Source: Macrostomum lignano
Lineage: Eukaryota
Length of the DNA stretch: 64,000 nt
Direction: 5' to 3'
Assembly: GCA_002269645.1 (NCBI GenBank)
Contig: NIVC01000112.1
Span: 330,520 to 394,519, forward strand
A program made the position numbers and the translations under genes. Shown piece by piece: positions 54,951-64,000 of the stretch. Numbering within the stretch: the stretch's first letter is position 1; every line of letters begins with the position of its first letter. The notes below the pieces were generated by a model. The model had not been told where the DNA came from and did not search any database. It saw only the letters and a list, made by a program, of their open reading frames with translations.

Positions 54951-55294
54951 CCCCTCCCCGACCAATTAACTTTCTTCAATACTTTTCTTCGTTGATATGA
55001 TTCCTCTGGCCAATCATTTAGGACGAGTTCCAAAACTAAAGAACTAACAGTAAAGCCAGTGTTCAAATCAAAATCTTAATCAAGCATATCGTCGGGAAGA
55101 CATGAAGGAGAACTAAATTTTTTTTAATTCGAATGTAAAAACAGTTTAATTTTGTTTCTTTTGAGCTATTGTTAAAAGATGAGAAATATTTGCAAACCGG
55201 CCACAGACTTCAATCTCTTATCAAGGCTAGCCCAAACAAAGATGCAGTTGCACACTGGAATAATACTTAGTTCAACATCTAAGTCTGGGCTAAT

Positions 55295-55375
55295 TTATCA
55301 ATCAGCAATCGATCTCCAATCAATTTTAGCAATCGATTTTTTCAAGATCGCGCTTCATCGAGTGCTCTTAATAAG
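55295..55375 (-). promoter_or_regulatory. Form-2 SECIS element in the GPx 3' UTR
   Basis: Minus strand reads ATGAA(55358-55354) GCGCGATCTTG AAAAAA TCGATT-GCTAA-AATTGA TT GGAGATCGATTGC TGAT(55304-55301). This gives the kink-turn quartet, an 11-nt helix II, apical A-run and mini-stem, about 110 nt after the stop. Confidence 0.88.
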
Positions 55376-55466
55376 AGTTTTGAGAGTCTGAGGTCAAGCC
55401 AAGTAATTTGATTTATAACGAGTAATAATTAAATTGTATCAGTAAAATTACTCTCAACATCAACTT

Positions 55467-55514
55467 CTACAATTCGTCCTTGTTGAGTAGCTCAAGGATG
55501 TCCGCCTCCATGTC
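55467..55514 (-). CDS. GPX4: Sec-GPx exon 4 (DMEADILELLNKDEL*)
   Basis: Acceptor attttgcag, phase 0, TAG stop at 55467-55469. Confidence 0.88.
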   Translation of the reverse strand, partial: DMEADILELLNKDEL

Positions 55515-56224
55515 CTGCAAAATAGTGAATGAAACGTTTAAAACAAGATGTGATAATGTGATTGTACAATTTTCGTCTCCAGTCCAGATGCTAGCTAGGG
55601 AAATAACAAAATATCCACTGGCTTGATAGTAATTGTGTTGTCAATGGTCAATACTACAACTTGGATGCTCTCATTTATAATCGAATACTTCTATCTATAA
55701 AGCTATAAATCTATTTATAGAACTCCTCTGTCCCATTATAAATGCAGGTTAAAGGCGATATGTCCAGTTTTGCTGACCCTGAGCACACAACACGCATAGG
55801 TACGCCGGCAAGCACTAACACAGGATGTACAGTGGCATTGACTTGAAATTCTCATTGTCACACAGTGTCTTTAGGGTTGACTCTATGAATCAATAGTGCA
55901 GCTACTGCATTTGTGTAATTAAATTAATTAGCCACGACTCCCTGGAGTCAATTAGCGTTGCTATGCCAACCCGAAGAGCTGTTTGCACGGATTGAGTGTT
56001 GACACAAATAGATAATTAGTTAGGTAAAGGTTTATGTCTACAAAATTTGCCACCTCTATTCAGTATTTAGGGATCAGATTGTTACTATAGTTACAATAAT
56101 ACAGAGTGAGGAGTCACTGCTTTGTTGTTGCTGGGAATCTGATAAATTTGAGGATTAGTACTGAAGTAAAAACTGCAGGCTCAGAGAGGGAATAAAAAAG
56201 GAGAGGGCCTAGAGATTGGGACTA

Positions 56225-56550
56225 TAAGAGCGGGACTTGTAGAGTGGGACTTGCAGAGTGGGACTTGCAGAGTGGGACTTGCAGGATGGGACTTGCAGAG
56301 TGGGACTTGCAGAGTGGGACTTTCAGAGTGGGACTTGCAGAGTGGGACTTTCAGAGTGGGACTTTCAGAGTGGGACTTGTAGAGTGGGACTTGCAGAGTG
56401 GGACTTGCAGAGTGGGACTTGTAGAGTGGGACTTGCAGAGTGGGAATTTCAGTGGGACTTGTAGAGTGGGACTTGTAGAGTGGGACTTGTAGAGTGGGAT
56501 TTGCAGAGTGGGACTTGCAGAATGGGAATTTACAGAGTGGGATTTACAGA
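56225..56550. repeat. 14-bp intronic minisatellite (AGAGTGGGACTTGC)
   Basis: Direct inspection. Confidence 0.93.
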
Positions 56551-56648
56551 ATTTATTATATAGAAGATATAGAGCCCTTAGAACGTTAGAGTGACTTATA
56601 CTTCGAGAGTTCACCAGCCCACTATTGTCCCACATCCCAGCAGCTTAC

Positions 56649-57027
56649 CTTGGGCGCCACATTGGGCCCGTATCGTTTCACTGGCACGCCTCGCCTGTCA
56701 ATCAGAAACTTGGTGAAATTCCACTTGATGAAATCCATGAGCGTGCCGGGCAGCTGAGCTTTCAAAAACGAGAACAACGGATGTGTCCCCTCGCCATTGA
56801 CGTCAACTTTGGCATACAGGTCGAATTTAACGCCGAAACGGCTAACAACGAACTCTTTGATCTGAGCCTCGGGCCACGGCTCCTGACTGCCAAACTGGTT
56901 GCAGGGGAACGCGGCGATGGAGAGACCCCGGCCCGCTAGTCGAGTGTGCAGGTCGACCAGCTGGGCGTAGTTGCTCTCCGTGGCACCTCAGAGGCACGCC
57001 ACGTTGGTCACGACAAGGACGCGACCT
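56649..57027 (-). CDS. GPX4: Sec-GPx (PHGPx/GPx4-like) exon 3, with in-frame TGA = selenocysteine at 56988-56990
   Basis: TNVACL-U-GAT, AFPCNQFGSQEP and IKWNFTKFLID give the Sec/Gln/Trp/Asn catalytic tetrad. Acceptor ctcgcag, donor gtaagc. Confidence 0.97.
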
Positions 57028-57106
57028 CTGCGAGCGGGATTTGCGGTGGGGTTGGGTGGGGAGGGGCATTGGGAGGCTTGCCCAGCACATTGTCATCGCG
57101 GGTCTC

Positions 57107-58480
57107 TGTCTCCCTTAGCATCTCAGTCTCCCCTAGCATCTCTGTCTCTCCTAGCATCTCAGTCTCCCCTAGCATCTCTGTCTCTTCTAGCATCTCTGTC
57201 TCTCCTAGCATCTCTGTCTCCCCTAGCATCTCTGTCTCTCCTAGCATCTCTGTCTCCCCTAGCATCTCTGTCTCTCCTAGCATCTCTGTCTCCCCTAGCA
57301 TCTCTGTCTCTCCTAGCATCTCTGTCTCCCCTAGCATCTCTGTCTCTCCTAGCATCTCTGTCTCCCCTAGCATCTCTGTCTCCCCTAGCATCTCTATCTC
57401 TCCTAGCATCTCTGTCTCCCCTAGCATCTCTGTCTCTCCTAGCATCTCTGTCTCTCCTAGCATCTCTGTCTCCCCTAGCATCTCTGTCTCCCCTAGCATC
57501 TCTGTCTCTCCTAGCATCTCTGTCTCTCCTAGCATCTCTGTCTCCCCTAGCATCTCTGTCTCTCCTAGCATCTCTGTCTCCCCTAGCATCTCTGTCTCCC
57601 CTAGCATCTCTATCTCTCCTAGCATCTCTGTCTCCCCTAGCATCTCTGTCTCTCCTAGCATCTCTGTCTCTCCTAGCATCTCTGTCTCCCCTAGCATCTC
57701 TGTCTCCCCTAGCATCTCTGTCTCTCCTAGCATCTCTGTCTCTCCTAGCATCTCTGTCTCCCCTAGCATCTCTGTCTCTCCTAGCATCTCTGTCTCCCCT
57801 AGCATCTCTGTCTCTCCTAGCATCTCTGTCTCTCCTAGCATCTCGGTCTCCCCTAGCATCTCTGTCTCTCCTAGCATCTCTGTCTCTTCTAGCATCTCTG
57901 TCTCCCCTAGCATCTCAGTCTCCCCTAGCATCTCTGTCTCTCCTAGCATCTCAGTCTCCCCTAGCATCTCTGTCTCTCCTAGCATCTCTGTCTCCCCTAG
58001 CATCTCTGTCTCTCCTAGCATCTCTGTCTCCCCTAGCATCTCTGTCTCTTCTAGCATCTCTATCTCCCATCTTCTTTAGCATCTCTGTCTCTCCTAGCAT
58101 CTGTCTCCCCTAGCATCTCTGTCTCTCCTAGCATCTCTGTCACGCTAGCATCTCTGTCTTCCCTAGTATCTCAGTCTCCCCTAGCATCTCTGTCTCCCAT
58201 CTCCCTTAGCATCTCTGTCTCCCATCTCCCTTAGCATCTCTGTCTCCCCTAGAATCTCTGTCTCTTCTAGCATCTCTGTCTCTCCTAGCATCTCTGTCTC
58301 TTTTAGCATCTCTGTCTCCCATCTCCCTTAGCATTTCTGTCTCCCATCTCCCTTAGCATCTCTGTCTATCCTAGCATCTGTCTCTCCTAGCATCTCAGTC
58401 TCCCCTAGCATCTCTGTCTCTAATCTCCCCTAGCATCTTTATCTCCCATCTCCTCTAGCATCCCTGTCTCTCATCTCTCT
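57107..58480. repeat. 18-bp intronic minisatellite (CTAGCATCTCTGTCTCYC)
   Basis: Direct inspection. Confidence 0.97.
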
Positions 58481-58946
58481 ACGCACAACAATAAAAACGG
58501 TGCATTCATCTGTCAAAGGCAAATTCTCCAGCCACTATAGATGTACAGATATAATCTATAGCAGAACCCGCTAATAGTCAGCACACAGTTCTAATGCAAT
58601 CTACTTGATTTGCGAGTGATACCATGGTAACGAGGAATCGAAGGCAAAACTGATAGGTAGAGCAATCACACTGCAGTTATGAATACAAAGGCATGGGACA
58701 ATGCAATTGCTACTCAATTAATCAGTCAACGCAGGCCTTGAATAAACATAATATTCAGCTTACTCCTGTATCCAGGGATGTAGAAGAGTGCGTTTTATTT
58801 GCTCGCACGGCCCATTGCTATCCACGCTTACTACATTGAGTCATCATTGCAAAACACTACTTAGAAATTCCCAACAGTAGTATGCAAAATATTCTTAGGT
58901 TATTTATCGAAACAAAAAGGAATAGATAGCAAAAATATTCACTCAC

Positions 58947-59026
58947 TTGTACTTGCTTAGTGAAACCATGTCTCCATCAATGGTTTTGGCAGAGAAGTCA
59001 TACACTGTTCCTGAAGCAGATGAGGC
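58947..59026 (-). CDS. GPX4: Sec-GPx exon 2 (ASSASGTVYDFSAKTIDGDMVSLSKYK)
   Basis: Acceptor ctttcag, donor gtgagt. The phase-2 end AA+A joins exon 3. YDF..K.IDG..VSL..Y motif. Confidence 0.93.
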
Positions 59027-59155
59027 CTGAAAGCAGTTATGAAATTATTCATTTTTAATATCAGTTTTTCATAGCTTGATTTATCTAAAAAAACATAGAA
59101 CAACATAAAATAAATTAGACTTAACCTATAAAGACAGAGTATAAAACATGCTTGG

Positions 59156-59314
59156 GCGCAACCTAGGGATTCACCCAGCCATTCTATTGGCAACACACAC
59201 ACATGTAAGTCACTATTGGATGGAATAGTAGTCACATGACTGCTCTCAGCCAATAGCAACTTACATGTACATGTGTTGCCAATAGAAATGTCTGGGTGAT
59301 TCTAAAGGTTGCGC
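59156..59314. mobile_element. MITE-like foldback element in GPx intron 1
   Basis: Imperfect inverted repeats of about 55 bp: GCGCAACCT...CTATTGGCAACACA...CATGTAAGT. Confidence 0.7.
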
Positions 59315-60228
59315 ATGTAGGATATAAAAACAAGATATATTACTAAGAATAACAAAACAAGCTAAATAAAAACTTTTTATTTAATTTATTATAGATCACT
59401 AAGCCTGAAGTAAATTAATAAAGAATCAAAAACTAAATATCAACTTATTATATGGTATAGATTAAAATCACATCATTTAATATTAAATATAAGTAATAAA
59501 AAATCTTCATAAAGTTAAATAAAAGAAAACTTTTTTTAGATTGATGTAGTCATGATTGTTTAGCAATAGTTATTTAATATCATTCATTACTGCCTTATCC
59601 TACTTGCCTTAGTAATAGCTGCATTACTTGTTAAATAAATTGTGCAAATCATATATTCCTTTACATTTTTTCATCCTATTATGCATGCAACATATATATT
59701 TCTTGCTTATGTTTGTTTAAGTCTGTCTGCCATTTTATTAAAATTGCTATATATACAAGAAAATAAACCTTGAAAAGAGCTAACCTGTCTCTGGCCTCTC
59801 CCGCCTGGCCTTTGCCTTTTGGCCTATTGAATAGTTGTTCTAAAAATAGACCTGATTCAGCATTCAGCAGATTCTAGAGGGTGAAGTCCCAAGAGGGGGT
59901 GGAGGGGTGGCTCTGTTTTTGGCAAAAATTTGCTTGGTCCCCCCTTTGATTTTTTTGGGTCTCCAACAAAGAGAAGGAGACAACCCTTCATTTGCCATGG
60001 CTAAACTTGCATAAAAAAGGATAGGATTATAAGCCCAAAAAGTTGGCTCAATCTGCTTCTCCCTCTATATTAAAAATCTTAGATCTGCCAGTGATTCTAT
60101 CCTAAGTTACCACATTATGAAATCACCCTTTTAAATGATAAAATGCAAAAAAACACATTTTAAAATTTTAGAATAATATAAAAATGAAATACTTTAGCCA
60201 AGTAAGTAAGCAAATTTCTTAAAAATTA

Positions 60229-60834
60229 CCACACTCAGGAAGGTGTATATTATGGCGGAAAATTCTGGCGCACATCAATGAAAAATGTGCGCAAAGTGGT
60301 GCACATGGCATACAACAAAGGCTTAGCAGAAGTTTTTAGCGCATATTGGCGCATAGCAAAACCTGATCAGAAAAATTTAGCTCACAATGAGTCACCTAAA
60401 TGTATAATCTGCATATGCAGTGCGTAAAATATGCTTTTTGATTACGTTTTTTCCAAGCATATCAATAAAAAAAATTGTTTCTTGGTAAGTGAAACGAATA
60501 ATAAAATTCAAAATAAATGGGATTTTACCATAAAGATAAAGCTATTTCTTTTGAAAATTTTCTATGTGAGCTAAAATAAAGCAAAAGTTTTGAGTTGAAA
60601 AAAGCCTATATAAGGTACAAAAATTTAAGCGTGTTTTTAGTTTTGTTTTAAGTGGAATTTTACCAAGTTTTTAGTGCTATGGTGTATTAGTACTCTAGCT
60701 ATGTATTTGTCAATAAACGAATGTAGACCTCAGCGCACAAATTCATATTTTAGGCTTAGCTTCGCGCATAGCGCACACTCCAAAATTACACTGAAATATA
60801 TTCCTGCGCACATGTGACACCTTCCTGAGTGTGG
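60229..60834. mobile_element. Non-autonomous DNA transposon (606 bp) with 18-bp TIRs and 8-bp TSD, in GPx intron 1
   Basis: Perfect TIR CCACACTCAGGAAGGTGT (60229-60246 and 60817-60834). AAAAATTA on both flanks. Confidence 0.85.
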
Positions 60835-61408
60835 AAAAATTATAGGCCTAATTATAATATTGTATTGCATTCATGGGCAGTAGGAGCTTGTGGCACTGGG
60901 GGCATATGCCCTCTCCCTCCCTAGAAAATGAGTCCATACAGTAATTTTTAGTGCTTTTTCTGATTTTAAGCTCTAATTAGCAGTTACGAAGGTACATATG
61001 CCCCTATTGCCCTGTGCACAGTGCCCCCCTAAAATATTAGTCTCTGCTGTCCCTGATTGCATTAAAAATAGAGATTATTCTAAAAAACTGTTAAATTTAA
61101 AACTAAAATGAAATAAACAATTTAATATGATTTTGAATTTTACATAATCTTTGGAAATAGATTTTTTAAGTAAATAGGCCCTATAGCTAGGCATACTAGG
61201 CTATCAATTTAATGCAGTAAAGTAATATATTGCCATTGCCAACTTGCCATATATTTGTTATTTAGCCTTGTTGTAAAATTAAAAACATTAGATATGTAGA
61301 CTAGATAGGCCTGCAATGTAATAAAAATTCAAACATTAATATAAGAACTAACCTATAATTACATTATTATCATTAAACAATGACATCATATTGTTTTTAG
61401 CGTCTTAC

Positions 61409-61492
61409 CATTGCCCTAGACACAGGTTGGCGCATACACAAAGAAGAAAAGAGCAGCGGAAGCTGCATTACAAGTCCTTTGCGATAAAGCAT
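61409..61492 (-). CDS. GPX4: Sec-GPx exon 1 (MLYRKGLVMQLPLLFSSLCMRQPVSRAM): targeting leader ending in ATG
   Basis: Donor ATG|gtaag in phase 0, as in human GPX4 exon 1. Upstream acceptor ttttgcag|aa. Total CDS 84+80+379+48 = 591 nt = 196 aa plus stop. Confidence 0.75.
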
Positions 61493-62949
61493 TTCTGCAA
61501 AACTTAATACTGTTTCGTTAACCAGAAATTAATTTTATTATTAGTAAAGAGTGCAGTGAAAACTAGAAACGTAAATGATTAACTGGTAAAATTTCCGTGG
61601 CTAGTGCTCACTGTAAGTTTATAAGATTCGCGGAAAACAGTTTTTTTAAATAATTCACGTGATTGTCTTTGCTGGTAATATCAACTATAACTATGTTTTA
61701 TTCTATACAAAATAGGCAAATAGCATAAGCCTTTTGATAGTTTTACTCCATTTTGATTACTATCAAGCAATCAAATACTACTTGTGTCTACAACACAATT
61801 TGTTGTATTTGACTCGATTGTCAAGCTCTTAGCGAATTGCGATTAGGACCAACTTCCTTGCTCACTTGCAATGCTTTAGTCACTCAGCTTAGACAGGCGT
61901 CACGGCGCTATTTTCGGCGCTCCCAAACTAAATACCCAAATCCGATTGTCCAAAAGACAATAGAGCATTTTCGAAATTTTCGCAAACAAATCCCCTCGAT
62001 TAGATTTCCTGTGAGAAAATAATTATTTAATGCAAATAAAAAATTATGATTTAAATTTCAATACCAAAATTCATTTCAAAAACTCAACAATACAAGCATT
62101 TACAGCGGTAAATAACGGGTTATGTATTTTTATTTAGATAAAGCGACATTGTATCAGAAAAAAATTAAGCGATAAATACTTTTTTGAAACAACAAAATAT
62201 CAATAACCTGACAGAGTTTCTACATGTATTTTCGGAAAACTGGAACTGGAAAAAATCATAATTAAGGTATTACACACGGCAACCAGGAAAATAAATAGCC
62301 CGTGTGAATTGGGTATATCCTAGAGATGTGTAAAACATGCAATAAATTAATAACACAAAGTCTTATGTAAATAGTAAATCAAGTAGACACAAAGACATTA
62401 TTGAGCATCCTTGGCAAAGGAAGTCGGTGGAATTGAAGGAATAAATACAGCGGCTGGAACAGCAAGCTTAACAAACTGGTTTATCATGCCAACAGACAAA
62501 CATTAGGGGGAATGATCTCAGTGAAGACCTGTAAGCCAAACAGTGCATTATTACAAGGATTGCACAGTTAAATTTTGTATTTGCTGATTTTTGTAAAAAC
62601 GAAATTTCATACTTATACATGACTACTAACGGCTGCAACTAGAAGTACAATACGCGAATATTATAACTGTAATTTGCTTATCAGTTACAGTGCAACTATA
62701 TCAATAATTGCGGATGAGTTGCACAATGCGACTTCATTAAAAAGATGCTTAATATTTCGACTAGACTCTGAGGTGGACCGAGTTGTAAGAAAAAATTGGA
62801 CCAAAATCTATAAAAAATAAATAAGTATTACGCATTCTAAATAAATTATTTTAATCTGGTTAAGCTGAGATGTCAATTTGACGGAATCATGAGATGAGAT
62901 TATGGTGAATCATTTAGTTGGGCTTCACAACCGTTAAAAGTTTTATATT

Positions 62950-63305
62950 TAGATGCGAGATTTGCGGTGTAAGGATAAGGGATTTGAGGCGTCAGAGAGA
63001 GGGATTTGAGGCGTCAGGATGCGGGATTTGGAGTGTCAGGATGCGGGATTTGAGGTGTCAGGATAATAAGGGATTTAAGGTGTCAGGGTATGGGATTTGA
63101 GGCGTCAGGATGCGCTATTTGAGGTGTCAGGATGCGGAATTTGAGGTGTCAGGATGCGGGATTTGAGGTGTCAGGATGCGGGATTTGAGGTGTCAGGATG
63201 CGGGATTTGGAGTGTCAGGATGCGGAATTTGAGGTGTCAGGATGCGGGATTTGAGGTGCCAGGATGCGGGATTTGAGGTGTCAGGGAGAGGGATTTGAGG
63301 TGTCA
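62950..63305. repeat. About 22-bp minisatellite (TCAGGATGCGGGATTTGAGGTG) in the LZTS-like 3' region
   Basis: Direct inspection. Confidence 0.92.
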
Positions 63306-63316
63306 GAATCCTTGAG

Positions 63317-63538
63317 TCAGCGCTCGGACACCCCTCCTGACAGAGCCGCCTGCCCCCGCAGTCGCATCAGCAGCGTCTCCTTCTCAGCCAGCTCGGAGTT
63401 CAGCTGCTCAACATCGGCTGCTAGGCGGGTGGTTTTGGAGCGCAGTTGAACCAGGTTGAGCTGCAACTGCTTCTGGTAGGCCAGCACCTGCCGCTTCTCG
63501 TAGAGCCAGCGGTGTCGCTCCGCGCTGAAGCCGCGGAT
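63317..63538 (-). CDS. Terminal coding exon of an LZTS/Fez1-family coiled-coil protein; upstream exons lie outside the window
   Basis: Acceptor cattctcag. FSAERHRWLYEKRQVLAYQKQLQLNLVQL matches the Fez1-domain consensus F..ER..W..EK.KVI.YQKQLQ.NY.QM. Confidence 0.82.
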   Translation of the reverse strand: MRGFSAERHRWLYEKRQVLAYQKQLQLNLVQLRSKTTRLAADVEQLNSELAEKETLLMRLRGQAALSGGVSER

Positions 63539-63824
63539 CTGAGAATGTTAAAAGGACAGCGACTGAGGATGCAAACTAGCTCGTAGTTGCTAAGGGTTTC
63601 GAGTAAGACAAAATAATCAGAATTTCCACTTTTATGAGTCAGAGAAATATCCATGAACATACTAAATTGTCTGGGGAATCCCTATTAAGATATTGAAACG
63701 GGAAATCCCTTTCGAGATTCTGAAACAGGGAGTCCCTATCAAGATTCTGAAACGGGGAATCCCTATCCAGATTCTGAAATGGGTAATCCCTGTCCAAATG
63801 TTGAAACAGGGAATCCCTATTCCT

Positions 63825-64000
63825 TCCTATATACTAAAAATGAAATGTCTGTAACTAGCTATGCGATAGATTTTCAGAATCCTATATACTAAAAATGAAA
63901 TGTCTGTAACTAGCTATGCGATAGATTTCAGAAAAAATGGCTCAACCGATTTTCTTCAAACTTGCACCATTCGATCAGAAATTTTCCTGGGACGGTACAT
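63825..64000 (+). mobile_element. Possible 5' end of a non-autonomous Helitron-like element, with a 55-bp tandem duplication
   Basis: TCCTATATACTAAAAATGAAATGTCTGT...AAATGGCTCAACCGATTTT..AAACTT resembles invertebrate Helitron-N 5' ends (from memory). Confidence 0.4.

Noticed and set aside
56946-58113. 349-380-aa ORFs (SPSISV / MLGETE repeats)
   Set aside because: They come from the 18-bp minisatellite inside GPx intron 2.
59860-60095. hAT-like MITE (..TCTAGAGGGG...CTTAGATCTGCCAGTG) and a similar piece at about 60880-61060
   Set aside because: The termini are too degenerate and no TSD could be defined.

Overview
Animal genomic DNA, very rich in tandem repeats. It is probably a flatworm, Macrostomum-like; this is inferred from the GPx sequence, GC-rich exons and minisatellite-filled introns. 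1-9.1 kb holds nested transposons: a Crypton-like tyrosine-recombinase 5' fragment, a decayed Mag-like Ty3/Gypsy gag-pol, and a very young 6.56-kb LTR element (2540-9095; 1099-bp LTRs identical by eye, TATT target-site duplication). That LTR element has no intact pol but carries a gag-like ORF, an extra gene with its own CCAAT/TATA promoter, and a polarised array of 7 vestigial 'LTR-end + tRNA-Leu PBS' units inside each LTR. An orphan Pol II promoter lies at about 11.6-11.8 kb. Host genes: an intronless atypical class A GPCR (-, 23.4-24.6 kb); an intronless BIR+RING IAP (+, 36.3-37.0 kb); a spliced secreted C-type-lectin/sushi mosaic gene (-, 38.2-46.9 kb); a single-pass PPxY membrane protein (+, 51.6-52.3 kb); a 4-exon selenocysteine GPx4/PHGPx missed by the ORF track (-, 55.5-61.5 kb; in-frame TGA, form-2 SECIS, N-terminal leader, C-terminal KDEL); and the last exon of an LZTS/Fez1-family gene (-, 63.3-63.5 kb). 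Most long ORFs in the track are translations of micro- or minisatellites. All alignments were done by eye and no database searches were run.
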